From contig PS015286.1 of assembly GCA_048213135.1 (NCBI GenBank), forward strand, positions 1 through 43,611: 43,611 bases of DNA, given 5' to 3'. Source of the DNA: Reclinomonas americana ATCC 50394 (lineage: Eukaryota). The notes beneath the pieces were generated by a model. That model had not been told where the DNA came from. It did no database searches and saw only the letters and a list, made by a program, of their open reading frames with translations. The position numbers and the translations under genes were made by a program. Shown one piece after another: positions 9,801 through 23,500 of this stretch (positions are counted from its first letter, which is position 1; each line of letters begins with the position of its first letter).

Positions 9801-11693
9801 GAACACTTGGACAAGAAGGTGTCCTTGTCCATGACCGCCTGCTCCAGCGCTGTTGCCTTTTCTTGCAGCAGCGCATTGGTCTGGTCCAGTTTCTCCAGCG
9901 AGAGGCGAGTGCCGACACTGGCCTGCTCCAGTGCGTTGACGGTGACGTCGAGTTTGGAGACGGTCTCCGAGATTTCCAGGAAGGTGTTCTGTCGAGACAT
10001 CGACATTATCAGCAACGGGAGAGGAGAGCGCAGACCAAGCATACAAAACACGCACCACTGAGCGCAATGCGGTGAGCGAGTGAATCACGGCCACTGCCAT
10101 GGCCACGTCCCACGAACAGCCGAGAATGTAGGCGTGAATCGGCGATGTGACACTCTTGAAGCCAATGTACGACAGGTACAGTCGCCTGTCGCAGCGGACC
10201 CACGTGGAGAAGACCAGCAAGTCGACCGTGCCGAACACGAGGAAGAGCGAGAAGTGGTTGATGAAAATCACTTCGCAGAGGCACGCGCAGGCCAGCATGG
10301 CAATGTAGGCCAGGCGTCGTGCGGGTGTGGGGAAGTCTTTTTGGGAGAGCGAGGTGGATATCTGCGATGCGGGCAACAAAAGGGAAGTGAAAGAGGCAAA
10401 GGATGTGAGAATGGATCAATGGGGAGAAAGGAGGAGAGAGACGTGCGAGGGAGTGACCGAGGGCGAGAGAGAGTGGCATTAGAATTAGCGACATGAAAGA
10501 AAGGAAGAAGGCGGACAACCAGGAAAAGCAAACAGGTGGCAGAGGAGAGCAAGCCAACAGAACAGTACCAAACCAACAAGAGCAGGAGACGAAGTGAGAG
10601 GGTCGAAGAAAAGAAGAGGATGGACAGATTGGTGAAGCAAGTGAGGAAAAAGGAGAAGAGGTCGACCATAAGAGCAAGCCGATCAAGCCGGCACGAAGAT
10701 GGAGTGAAGGATGGAAGCAAAAGGATAAAGGCCACCAGGAGGCAAGCAAACGTGGAGCAAGTGAAGATCATGGCAAGAGAAAACCCGATCATGATGGTAC
10801 CAAAGCAACATCCCAAGTCAACAAGAGCAGGAGAAGACGGAGCGAGAGAGGGTGGGAGAAAAGGACGAGGGCCACCTGAGAAGCAAGCAAACAGGCAAAG
10901 AGATCGATCATGAGAGGAAGCCAACAGAACATCACCGACGAAGCCTTCCAAGTCAAGAACGAGAGGCAAGCGCATGAGAACAACCCCATTAAAACGGCAC
11001 CAAACAAGCATCCCAAGTTAACAAGAGCAGGAGAAGAAGTGGGAGGGTGGAAGCAAAGGACGAGGAGAAGCAAGCAAATAGGCAAAGAGATCGATCATGA
11101 GAGGAACATCACCGACGAAGCCTTCCAAGTCAACAAGAGCGAAGCAGAAGACGAGAGCCACCACGAGGCAAGCCCCCATGGAAAACAGCACCAAACCCAC
11201 ACCAAACCCCCATGAAAACAACACCAAAAAAACGCACCCTCGTAAACCTCAACCACGCTCGCCAATGCCACCACGGCAACCTGCCGCCGGCAGCCCGCCG
11301 AAAAATCGTCACACCACTGGTAACCAGGGCAACCCACGCCGCCATCCACCACCACGCCGGTCCCAACAACCACAACATGATTGCCGAGCTCACCCCGACC
11401 ACTGTCATCACCAGCACCGCCTCCAGTCGAATGAGTGGATGCAGCTCGTTGCTGGCCTGCTGCACGACAGGTGGAGATTCCAGCCACTCTGCTCCTTCCT
11501 CTTCTTCCTCTTCCTCTTCGTCCACGACTGTGATCTCTTCTGTCATTGTCATGGTGGTGGTGACTGGAAGTGATTTTTCGTCGGCGGGGACCTCCCAAGA
11601 GACGCGTCGTTGTCGCACTGTGGGAGAGGGTGTGCTGGGTGATGTGTCACTGGGGGTTCTGGAAAGAGGCGGAGGTGTGCTCATGATTTGCAC
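6845..11693 (-). CDS. Multi-pass membrane hybrid sensor histidine kinase (TM region, coiled coil, HisKA, HATPase_c, receiver)
   Basis: H-box TFLSKCSHELRQP (His codon split by an intron), N-box DPLRVSQCVSNLLSNAIKFT, G1 VVDTGIGI, F-box EPFFQ, G2 SGTGLGLSLV, receiver VVEDN...FIDHNMPVMTG...IKP. Hydrophobic segments occur in exons 1-2. Confidence 0.9.
9376..9490. repeat. Intronic ~16-bp tandem repeat (GGGGGGAAGGACGGAA-like; polypyrimidine on the sense strand)
   Basis: Repeated GGAAGGACGGAAGG units inside a histidine-kinase intron. Confidence 0.75.
10700..11170. repeat. Diverged ~190-200-bp tandem repeat in histidine-kinase intron 1
   Basis: GGCAAAGAGATCGATCATGAGAGGAA at 10894 and 11081; CATCCCAAGT(C/T)AACAAGAGCAGGAGAAGA at 10809 and 11009; AACATCACCGACGAAGCCTTCCAAGTCAA occurs twice. 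Confidence 0.75.
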
Positions 11694-12482
11694 ACGACGA
11701 GTCTCGGACAGAAATGGTGAGAGAGCCGCGCGACGTCGAGTTTTTCTTTCTTGTGTGCGCGTGTGTCGACGTTGGTTGGCGGAGGGTGGCGTCTTGTAGT
11801 CATGCTTGTCTCTCTTTCTTGCGTGAGCGCTGGAGTGCCGCAGCGCTGGAAGTTGCGAAGTTGCAAATTTTCGGACAAACCCTCCTTGTTGCTCCGCGTC
11901 TCACACCATTCCTCGTGTCTGTGACGCAAGTGGACGTGGAGGAAAGAGCCGTCCGCTGGCCATCGCATGCATGCTTGTCGAGCTCCCTCATCAAATCCGA
12001 ATCCGGGACACACAATTGCAATGCCCGGTATTCACCAGCGCCGGCTTTGGAAGGGAGATAGCGGCCGAGCACGAGGCTCTCTGCAAGCCTTGGTATCAAT
12101 ATCCAGCGACGGCCAAGCGCGCTCTCTGCTCTTCACGTTATTTGCCTCACTGCCACACAAAGTCACTCGACACAGCAAACGAGACATCGGTCGCGAGTCA
12201 CCAGCAACGTGTGGACCGAGTCGCAGGTCAACCGCTCGGCCACGGCCTCGGCCTGGAGCGGCTCTCTGACCAGCCCGAGCCAATCGACATCGGTCCCACA
12301 ACGCTGCCGTCCAACCTGCGCTACGTCACGTCGACCTCGGCGTGAGTGGCGTGAAGGGGTGTGGCCGGCAATGTCAGCGTGTGCCTAACCACGTGGCGCG
12401 AACTGATGGATTGCGCTTGAAGAGCACGTTACCTTCACCCTCTGCTCCACTGCAAAACAGTCTCTCCTTTACCACAAAAAAA

Positions 12483-13918
12483 TCACGTCGCCGGCGAACG
12501 CAGCCATAACAAACGCGCCTCCTCGCGCACAAAGCAGCGCAGCACTAATCGCGGCAGCGGGTCTGACACCTCAACACCGACCTCTTGCACGGCTTCTTCT
12601 TCACCGCCACCGCCATGGTCGCCGTTTTCGTCGTCGTCGCCGTCGTCGCCGGCTTCTTTCGGCATCGATGACAGCGCCTCGATGCTTGCCTGCGCCGCCT
12701 GCCACTCCTTGTAGAGGAGGAACCGCGCGGACCACACTGTGGCAACACGCGAATCAATAAAAAAACACTCGGCACCATCAATGATCGCCAGCGCGACGGT
12801 CACGCAACGAGGCTCCCACAAGCGCGCCGTCTTGTCGTACGAGCATGTCACCACCCGCCCGTCTGGAATGAACGCTGCCGCGCGCACGTACCCCGAGTGC
12901 GAGGTGAGCACGCCGACCGTTTGCGCCGTGTCCACGTTCCAAACGCGCACAGTGCAGTCTGTGCGCACGGTCATGAGCAACGAACAAGACAAAGTCTCTC
13001 TCTGTGGATATACACACACACACCTTGCGAGGCACTGATCAACTGGCACCCATCGGCGGAGAAGCGCAGACCATTCACCCATCGCGTATGCCCCTCAAAC
13101 ACCTGCGCGACCGTGCACGTCTCCAGCAGCCACATCTGAATGGTGCCATCGTGGTGGCCGGTGACCAGCGTCGCACTATCCGGCGACACCGCCAACGAGT
13201 ACACCTTGGCGCCCGTCTGCAGCACCCGCAACCGCTCACCCGTCTCCACACGCACCACACGCACCGTCCCATCGCCCGACCCACTCAACACCCACTCATC
13301 ATCGCCATCATCGCCAACGCGCACCACACCCAGCGATCCCACCCAATCCGCATGTCCTTTCAGTACGCGCATGCACTCTCCAGTGCGCGCATCCCACTGT
13401 CGCACAGTCTTGTCATCGGAGCCACTGAAGAGCAGCTGTCCGCGTCGCGCAAACACCAAACAGTAGACCGAGCTCGTGTGCTGTCCCTCGCCACTCCACA
13501 CCAGTCGCCCTCGCACCTGTCCTCTCTGCGGCGACAGCTCCCACATGCACACACGATGGTCGTGATAGCCGCCGGCACTGGCCAAGAACACACACTCATT
13601 GTCTTCTTCTTCTTCATCCTCCTCCTCGACGAGCACCACCACAGTCAGCGGTGAAAATTGGACGTGTAACACTGTGTGTGTGTGGCCCTCCAGTGTGCAC
13701 AGGAGCTCGGTGGAGTCGGCGTCAAAGACGCGCACTTTGTCGCCCGAGGCAGTGGCCACGAGAGTGGTGTGTGAGGCCACGGGGAAGGTGCACACAGCGA
13801 GGCTGTTGACGACGGTGGTGTGGCCCTTGTAGTGGCCGACTTCGCGCCCGGGTTGCGGGGGGAGAAGGAGAGGCGGTTCTTCTTCCTCGGGCGCTTGTTG
13901 TTGTTGTTGCTCTTCCAT
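12483..13918 (-). CDS. WD40-repeat protein with C-terminal LPxxVLRCFxxEEA motif
   Basis: About 8 GH...WD-type repeats (e.g. FSGSDDKTVRQWD, GHADWVGSL). One clear intron at 12959-13023. Start MEEQQQQQ at 13918 is inferred. Confidence 0.85.
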
Positions 13919-14490
13919 TCTCTGTGTGTGATCGTGTGTGTGTTCGGGTTTCTTATATTGGGGGTCACTGCATTGGTCGACTGGCGCGAAATTTTTGACC
14001 AATGCAATTTTTGCATTTCCGACAAAGAATGCAGGTCGGCGAGAGAGGCGGGTGGCGTAAGTGGGCAACTGCAGCGGAATGGACAATGTTCTCTCCTCAA
14101 TTCGCTTCAGTTGAAAATCGACGTCTCGCGCGCGATTGACGTCGCTGCGCGCGGTATTGCAGCACACGTGCAAACGCAGCTGCCACAAGCCCATCCGTTT
14201 CCGAAGAATTATCACGTGCACAGGCTTGACTCCAGCGGCAGGAGGATTCTTGTGTGCGTTTGGTTTCGCAAGTCCGAATTCGATCGCGAAGAAGTCGAGA
14301 ACTGCTTCGACTTGTTCCGCATCTGATCACGTGGTTGAACAGTGGATTTGACGCACTTGCATAGACGCATAGTTTTTCTCAAAATGCATTTGGCTCTTTT
14401 TGCGGCTGCAAGACAAGAAGCTACTTACACACAACGCGTCCCGCAAAATCGTGTCCTCTTCATTTCCACCCTTCCACCCTTCGCCCTCTC

Positions 14491-17400
14491 ATGAGCACAC
14501 CTCGCGCCACCTCCTTCGCCACACCCACCCCTCGCCACCAGCGACAACCACTCCCTCCACCTTCCTCCCGCACTCGCCGCCCTGTTCTCCCTCCCGGCAG
14601 CAGTCCCTCCAGCCACGCAGGCTCCACCTCTGCTCTCGCCGGTTCCCCGGCCACACATGCCAGCTCCTCATCAGCCTCCTCCACCTTCTTTGGCGCCCGC
14701 TACGACACATTCACTGTGCAGCCACATCAACAACAGCAGGCATCTCGAGCAGGCACTGGTGCACTTCAAAATCGGTCCGTTCATTGAAACCGCTGCTGAC
14801 TTCAATTGCAGAATCGAGTGTCCGATCGTCGTCCGCCGCCGCCGCCGCCACTCCCCGCGGTGTTCCATCCAGCAGTGGCGGTGGATTTGCGGGTATCGCG
14901 CCACCGTCCACGCACATCATCGCTGCCATTATCGAGAATCGCGTCAAGGAAGTTGTGATACCGGCGTGTTCGGCTTGTTCGGTTTTGCGTCTCACTCTCG
15001 TCGTTTTGTCGGCTGCAGATTGGTGTGGCGTGGATGAATCTGCGCTCGCCCGAGCTGCACGTGATGCAGTTCACTGACAACCCGACGTACGTGCTGCTGC
15101 TCACGAAGCTGCACTCGTTGCAACCGATTGAGGTGAGAGGCAACAAAACACACTCCTTTCTCCACATCGGCACACCACCACCACCACCAACAACAACAGC
15201 ACCAACAACAACTACAACTTTACTAATCCAAACAGCAGAGTCCATAGACACACACAACAACAACTATTTGCTCTTCTCTAACAGTCATCCATCTTTCTAG
15301 AGATTCCACGCCTTTTCTTTTCTCCTCCTCCCCCTCCCTGACCTCTCTTACCCCTTCCCCAATTGCCAGTTGGTGCTGCCGAACACTATGGCCGAGTCGC
15401 CGCTGGCCGACCTCCTGCGATCCGAGTTCTCCGCCGCCAACCTCTCCATTGTGGCGCGCAAGTACTTCAACGACACGCAGGGTGCACAACTCGTGCAGCG
15501 CTTCCTCGTGGCCGAGCGCAAGAGCAGCTTCGAGATCGACTTTTCCATCAAGTGAGCAACGACACACAAGAGTCGCATACCAACCAACCCCTTCACATAT
15601 GTGCACTGCAGGTACCTGGCCATGTCCGCCAGCGGAGCCCTGCTCAAGTTTGTCGAGTACTTGCAGAACATTAGCTTCGCCCCGGACTCCCTCAAGGTCT
15701 GTGCTATGATTACCACTCCCACTCCATCCACCCCTTCTCCTACTCAGTCGCGGCAGGTGGTGAGTCTCGGCTACGAATCGCAGCTGCTGGTCGACGCTTC
15801 GACGGCTGCCAACCTCGAACTGCTGCGCAACAATCGGACCGGTGCCACCACCGACGCCGTCGGTACTCTCATGTCCACCATCAACCACACTCGCACGCCA
15901 ATGGGTGCCCGACTGCTGCGCACGTGCATTCTGCAGCCGACCAATGATCGGTAATGGGTGCAGAATTGCCAATCCAAGCCGGTACTTACATGAGTTGCAG
16001 GGCCACCTTGGAAACTCGACTGGCGTGTGTCGACACACTGCTGCACAGCGAGCAGCTGTTCTTCGAACTCGGTGCCGTGCTGCGCCACTTCACCGACGTG
16101 GACCACCTGCTCGCCCAGTTTGTGCAGATTCCGCGAAGTCCCGACACGGCCGTCAACCACGCCGGCGCCTCCTCGGCCAGCGGCTCTGGAGGAGGAGGCG
16201 GCGGTGGGCGTGCCGGCGACTCGAACCAGTTCAACACGCGCGTTGCACAGCTACGCATCAACAACATCCTGTTTCTCAAAACCGCACTCCAGCAATGCAT
16301 CCGCATGCGTTCGGTTCTGGCCGGTCTGCTCTCTGTCACCATTTCTTTCTCTCTTCCCCTCCATTCACCGTTCTTCTCCTCACCGCACAGGCCACAATGT
16401 CAGCGATCCCATCTTGCGCATCTGTCTCGAGCGTCTCTGCGCATCGGCCGTCGACGACTTGCTTCGCCGCATCGAGGACACCATCGACCCCGATTCGGGT
16501 CTCGGACCCATGACCAGTCGGCAACGCGGTGGCGGAGGTTGCGTTCTTCGCCATCTCGTCGTCGCCCCCCACTGTATCCCTCCTCATCCACACAACTGCA
16601 GTGCTGCATGTGCAAGCTCAGCAAATGTATGCCATCCGCCCCGGCATCAAGAACCTGCTCGACTTGGCCCGCCGTCGATACGCAGAGACCACCGAGGACA
16701 TTCACGAGCTGCTGCAACAGTACCGCGACGAGTTGCTGCTGCCGGCCATCTCCCTCCAATATCAGGTTTCGCGTGGGTATTTCTTGACGCTGCCGGCCAC
16801 GGATGACTGCCGCCTTGCTGTCAACGAGCTGCACCGTGACATTTTCGTGCAGCGCTCGCAACAGAGCAAGAAGCTGCACTTCTCCACGCTGGAGCTCGTC
16901 TCCCTCAACGACCGCCTCCGCGATGTGCAATCGGAGATCTTTCTCCGCACCGCCGAGGTCTGCTGGCTGTGTGGATAACTCTTGACAAGAGTCAACAATC
17001 TCTTACAAACCAACGTAGGTGCTCGAGTCACTGGTTGTCGACGTGCGACCGCACCTGTACGCCATGTACCTGATCTCGGAGAGCATTGCCCTTGTCGACA
17101 TGCTGCTGTCACACGCCGAACATGTGTCGCTGAGCGAGACCTACGTCCGACCCGAGTTCACCGATGGCGGTCCACTGGCCATCAAGGGCGGTCGTCATCC
17201 AGGTCTGCGAGTATCTCTCTCGCCCCTAGCAATCCATGATCCACACTCACCCACCTGCGCAGTGCTGGAAAAGATCTCGTCATCGCCAGTGGTTCCCAAC
17301 GACACCTTCATCTCCGACTCATGCACGCTGCAAATCATCACCGGCCCCAACATGGCCGGCAAGTCAACGTACCTGCGACAAGTGGCCCTCATCACCATCT

Positions 17401-18275
17401 TGGCACACATCGGCTGCTTCGTGCCCGCCACATTCGCCAGCTTCGGTGCCGTCGACCGCATCTTTACGAGAGTCGGTGCCGACGACGACTTGGAGACCAA
17501 CTCGAGCTCGTTCATGGTCAGCGTCGACACAAATCACTGACACAAGAGTCTGTTCGCCAACTCACTCTGTCGCCGTACCAGGTGGAGATGAAAGAGGCGG
17601 CGTTCATCGTGCAAAATGCCACCGCACGCAGCCTGATCCTGGTCGACGAACTCGGTCGCGGTTCCTCGAATGCAGACGGTGACGATGACGTGCTGCGCCT
17701 CCTCCTATCTTTGTTGCTCCCTGTCTCACTGCGCACAGGCATTGGGATCGCCTGGAGCCTGTGTGAACACTTTCTCGGTCTCGGAGCCATGACGCTCTTC
17801 GCCACACACTATCAGCAGCTGACGCAACTCGAGAATGTGTATCCGAGCGCCGTCAATCACCGGCTGGCGGTGGAAGTGGCGGTCGGCCAAGGCGGTGCGG
17901 GAAATCGCCTGCAATTCTCGCACACGTTGACCACTGGCCGCGCACAAGAGCAGCACTACGGCATTGTGCTGGCCGACATGTTGGGTGAGTTGCTCTTCCG
18001 TTATCGCGGACTCTCTCGATCGTGGCTCACCGACGGCCGCGCAAGGGTTGGACGAGACGATCGTGGCCGACGCGCGTGAGTTGGTGGTGCTGCTGGAGAG
18101 CGCACAGGGCGGCGCTTCGGCAGCCACTGGAAGCGGTGCCAGTGCCGCACAACAGTCGCGAGCAGAACAGGAGCTCGCCTCGCGCCTGCTGGCCTTGCGC
18201 TCGTCCACACTCAACGACGATGGCCTACGCGGCTACTTGCTCAATCTCCGTCAGCAGTTCCTCGACGACGCGTGA
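14491..18275 (+). CDS. MSH4: Meiosis-specific MutS homolog 4
   Basis: IIENRVKEIGVAWMNL; YLAMSASGALLKFVEYLQNISFAPDSLK...VDASTAANLELL; TRTPMGARLLR; Walker A ITGPNMAGKSTYLRQ; NSSSFMVEMKE; DELGRGS; FATHY. No N-terminal mismatch-binding domain. Confidence 0.9.
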
Positions 18276-18578
18276 CAAGCGCCTCCTCCAACATAACAAC
18301 AATGCACACACACGCAATGAAAGAGACCAGAAGCCGTCACTCGTGATGAGACAAGTACTCAACACCCTTCACTGGATGCCGCTTACAAATCACCCCGTCG
18401 AGATCAGTGATGAGAGAGGGACACGTCGCCGTGCGCCCCCTCAAGAACGAGCGCGCCGAGTGCACAGAATGTGCACAGTGGGCACGGCACGTCATCACAC
18501 TCTCGGGCAGACGCATGTCTGTCCCGTGGCAACAAACTTAGCGGTGAAGCCGCTCACGTCATGGCGAAACCGCTGTGC

Positions 18579-20489
18579 TCACAGAGCCTGGCTAATGGGA
18601 CCTGCGTGTGTGCGATACCAAATCAGAAAACACGTTTGCTTCTCCGCCACAATCTTGCATCCTCACCATCTTGACTGGCGTCAGGTGTCTCGCTGTACGC
18701 GGCAGCTGACGGACCACCAGCACTGCCGCCAGCACCACCACCGCCGCGGGGACCACCTCTGGTCGACGACCCACCAGGCGTGGCACCGCTGGACGACGCA
18801 CCGACACCACCACCCGCACCGCCACCGCGTGAGTAGTACGGCATCTCGGGCACCGACAGCACACTCGACGCCATGCTCTGCTGCGACTGCTGGCTGTGCA
18901 GAGCTGAGCCAGCAAAACCGGCGGCAGTGCCCAACAGCGGATCAATGTACGGCGCAGTGCTGCTGGAGCCGGCACCTGGAATGCGCGACACGGCCGCAGC
19001 TGCGACATTTGATACACAGGTTAACAATAGGGCACTCTTTCTTCCCCCTATTTCTCGCACGCCTCACCTGGCAGCGGCGGCGGCATGGGAATAAAGGCGC
19101 CGTAGCGATCAATGGGCCGCGGCACACCACCCGGTCCCGGTGCGCCCAGCGCGACGCCGCCAATCGACATGCTGGCCATGTTTGGCAGTGTGTAGGGCGC
19201 CAGCTGATTGCGCTCTGCATGTCACGAATGAGCGCACAAGCAAAAGAGAGAAACCATACAAGAGTCGCGCAAACACACAAACCGTGATACAGCTTCTTGG
19301 GGCGCTGGAACTGGACGGCGCTCTGCTTGAGGTTGTTCAACGGTCCCTCCACCAGCACATTGTGACTCTTGAAGTGCACCAGCAGATTGTTCCACAGCGG
19401 CTGCTTGGAGAGCACACGAGCGTTGCCGACAATAATGAGACCGCAGCGCGCGCGAGTCAGCGCCACATTCAGACGGCGCGGATCGTTGAGGAATCCAATG
19501 CCCTGCCGCTCGTTCGAGCGCACACACGACAGGATAATGTAGTCCTTCTCGCGGCCCTGGAACGAGTCCACGCTTGCCACCTCAATCTCCTTGTAGAGCT
19601 GCGTACGCAGCGCACCCGCGCGCTGCATGTACGACACCAGATGCGCACGCTGCCCCTCGTACGGCGTAATGATGCCAATGTGCGGCGGCGTGACACCCAC
19701 GCGCAGCAGGTACGTGACAATCTTCTCGACATTCGTGGCCTCGGTGCGGTTCAGGAACGAGGTGCCGGAGCCGGAGATCTCCTCCTGCCCAGTGCAGTGG
19801 TAGAAGAACATCTGTGTGAAGGAGGAGAGAACAGAGTGAGACCAACAAAGGAACAATGAAGAATAGTAAAGGCAAAAAACGCAACAGGCTTCTCCGGAAT
19901 CGGCCACGGGAAGTCAATGTGCTCCTGCAAGCGCTCCGACGTGGTGACACCATTCTGCAGTGTGCCCTCGTAGAACGTGTTCGAGGGGAACTCGGAGAGG
20001 CAGGGGTGCATGCGGTACTGCACTTGCAGGCGGATCGGACGCAAGCCGAGCACAATCAGTCGCTCGAACAGGGAGCGAGTGAGGCCGGCTTTGGCGGCCT
20101 TCTTGCACATGATCACCGGGCCGAGCTGGCAGTGGTCGCCGACCATCACCACCTGCGGGCGGGGTGAGTACTCAAAGGGAAAGGGGGAAGGAGGAGAAGG
20201 GGGAGAAGGGGGAAAGGGGGAAAGGGGGAAAGGGGGAAGGGGAAGGGGAAAGGGGAAAGGGGGAACAGGGGAATGGGGGAAGGGAGAGGGGGAGAGGGAG
20301 AGAGGGAGAGGGANNNNNNNNNNNNNNNNNNNNNNNNNNNNNNNNNNNNNNNNNNNNNNNNNNNNNNNNNNNNNNNNNNNNNNNNNNNNNNNNNNNNNNN
20401 NNNNNNNNNNNNNNNNNNNNNNNNNNNNNNNNNNNNNNNNNNNNNNNNNNNNGAAGGGAGAAGGGAGGAAGGGAGAGAGAGAGAAGAGA

Positions 20490-20526
<37 letters not shown>

Positions 20527-23500
20527 GAGAGAGGAGAGAGGAGAGGAGAGGGAGAGGGAAAGGGGAGAGGAAGGGGGAGACGGATGGGGAGATGGATCGG
20601 AGAGGTAGAGAGCGAGAGGGAGAGGGGGAGGGAGTCGAGGAGGAATACACCTAGAAGAGAAACAGGAAACGAGCAAATTTATACACACAATGAGAAGGAG
20701 AGCGGAAAGAGAGGAAAGAAAGAACAGTGATTGAAAGCAACATAGTATGGAAAGAGAGGAACATAGCAAGAGGTCTGAAGAGCGAAGTTGAGTGCGATGC
20801 GAGAGTGGCAGAAAGAGAGCGGCAAATACACACCACACACATAGTCCATGCGAAATACAGGAAAGAACGGGGATCAGAGAGAGAAAGCACGGTGAATCAC
20901 AGGCATTGTCGCAATGTGCAAGCACAGCTGCCAACAACAAAACGTGGAGACAGAGAAAAGAGTCTGCAGACTGCGCACTCGGTTTGCCTTGCACATACAA
21001 AAACACTTTCTTTCTCTCTCTCTCTCTCTCTCTCACTCTTCTTCCTCCCTCTCTCTCATACCTGCTTGGCACCCTTGATAATCGGAATGAGGCACTCGGG
21101 CTCCGACGCTTGCGTGCACTCGTCAATCAGCACGTACTTGAAGCGCATGCTGGTGAGGCGGTGATCACCAGCGCCGACGCACGTGCAGCACACCACGTCG
21201 GCATTCTGCAGCAAATCGCGCTCGACGGCAAACTTGAGCGTCTTGAAGCGCTTCTCGTCTTGCATCGACAGCTCGCCCTGCTCCTCCTTTAACAGGAACA
21301 GCTTCTGCAACTCGGTGCGCTGCGGCGACGAGAGAGCCACTTGTCGCACTTGGTGATGGAGGGTCAAGTGGTCCACCGAAGTGGAGATGGCCTCACGCGA
21401 TTTGGCGGCCACACGAACCACCTGGACGACGTGAGTGGATGTGAGATGGGGGAATAAGAACTTGAGAGGGTGCGTGATGCCTCAAAAAAGCAAACACACA
21501 CACCTTCAAGCCCGTGGCATCGATCTTTTCGGTGAGCTGGTCGACGGCCACATTGCTGGGCGCCGCCACCAACACCTGGCCCTGCTGCGCGAGGTGGAAG
21601 ACAATCGAGGCCGACGTGACGGTCTTGCCGGTACCCGGCGGACCCTGGATGAGCGACAGAGGGCGCTGCAGAACGCTCTTGACGGCCGACACTTGCGAGT
21701 GGTTGAGCTCCGGCAGACCGGGGACCGAGAAGCGACGCGGCAGCGTGACCTGCACGGAGATTGTCAGTGTCTCACACTCAATCACGTATCTCCGCCCCTA
21801 CTCTCCACCGCCAACCTTGAGCGTCTGCTCCTCCACCTCGTGGCCCAGCAGCTTGTAGTAAATGTAGCCGCTGACCGACAAGTCGTCTTGCCACAGCTTG
21901 TTCAGCGCCGCCTCCATGCGATCAAACGAGGTGCTCTTCCACACGAAATCCACACTGTAGCCGTGCGACACATCCGTCGGAATACCGTGGTTGCTACGCA
22001 TCTCCACCGCCACCTCCTCGTTGGCCGTCAGCCGCACCAAGTGTCCCATGCACTCCCACGCAGGGTGGCTGGGGTCGCCGGGGTACTTGAGCTGCAACTC
22101 GTCGCCAGGCACCAAGTGCAACTCTGCGCGAACACAAGGCGACGCCAAATATCAGACAGAGTCAGAGGAGAGAAAGGGAGTGGGAGAGGGAGAGAAAGAG
22201 GAGAGCGAGAGCAAAGATGGTTGGTTGAAAGAAAATGTGAGACGACGCCTTTCCAAGAGCATCCCACGACAACCTCGGGGACGCCTGGTTAAATTATCGC
22301 TCTCTCCGACCCCAACCACAACACCACCCTCCCCGCGAGCCGGTGCAGGGGTGAGTAGGCGGTGGAGGTTGGAGAAGGAGGAATGAAACAAATCAAACTT
22401 TTGCTCTGCGTGCGGGTTTACAGGTGCATGGCAAGAGTCCTCGGCACATGCACCCAGCTACACACGCGTCGGGAGAGGAACAGGGGGGAAGGGGTCGAAG
22501 GGGAAGGGAGAGGGAGAGGGAAGGGAAGCGATGATGGAAGAGGGACAGAGGGAGAGGGGAAGAGGGAAGACGAAAGCGGGAAGAGGGAAGGAGAAGAGAG
22601 TTTGGGGGGGGGGGGGGGCGGAAGGGGGAGAAGAAAGGAGCGAGACAGACAGACGAGCAGAGCGACAGCCAACAAGTCAGATATAAGGCGACACAGAAAG
22701 AGAGAAAGAAGACCAGCACTGATAAACAGACACATGGAACGAAGAATAGATGACCAGTGCGCAGACGAATGACGTGACAAGGGGACGAAGATGACAGCGG
22801 CACGTACCGTTCTCCTCCTTCGGAAACACAAAGTAGGCCACCATCTTCTTGTTGAGACCCATGTCCCAGTGCACAGAAATGTTGCGTCGCGTCTGTCCGA
22901 CAAAACAGGTCAGTCACACCAAACACACATGCTCCCTTTCCACCCTCCCATTTCCCCACTGTTGTTTGTAAGAATGCGTGTGTGTACCTGCGTGCGTCGC
23001 CCACGTCTCTCTCCCTCCTCTCTCTCTCTCCCTCACTTCTTCTCGGTCATCCTCCTTGACACCTCTCCATCACAGCACACTCACCAAGATGCCGCTGCAT
23101 CTTCGCCAGTGTACACTGCTGCTGACATCCACGCGGACATGTTTGCATGCGCCCACAGATGCGCCATCTTTGCTCACATCGCAGCGGACATTCTAGCAAA
23201 CATCCACTGCACTCGTACTCTCACTCCTTCATCACCACTGCAACTCACTTCTACACCCTTCACCAACCTTCTCTCTCGCTTTCTCCCACAAACTCTCCTC
23301 CCTCCCTCCCTTTCCCTACAAACCTGCGCCTCCTTCAGTCGCTTGTCGTACTCGGCCTCCAAACGAATCAGCGGCGCAAACACTTCCAAATACTGCGCCG
23401 CATTTTCGTACACGTACGGCACCGGCGTCGGCTGGTCATCGGCTCCCGGCTTGTCAATGTCGTCGAGGGCGGCCGTATCGTTCTCCTTCCACAATTCCTG

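Noticed and set aside
10268-11011. 247-aa hydrophobic ORF inside kinase intron 1, a possible nested membrane protein
   Set aside because: It derives from a pyrimidine-rich tandem repeat whose copies fall in different frames, and it has no recognisable domain.
11800-12345. Several 90-125-aa ORFs between the kinase start and the WD40 stop
   Set aside because: No recognisable motif or consistent exon structure. A small gene cannot be excluded without RNA data.
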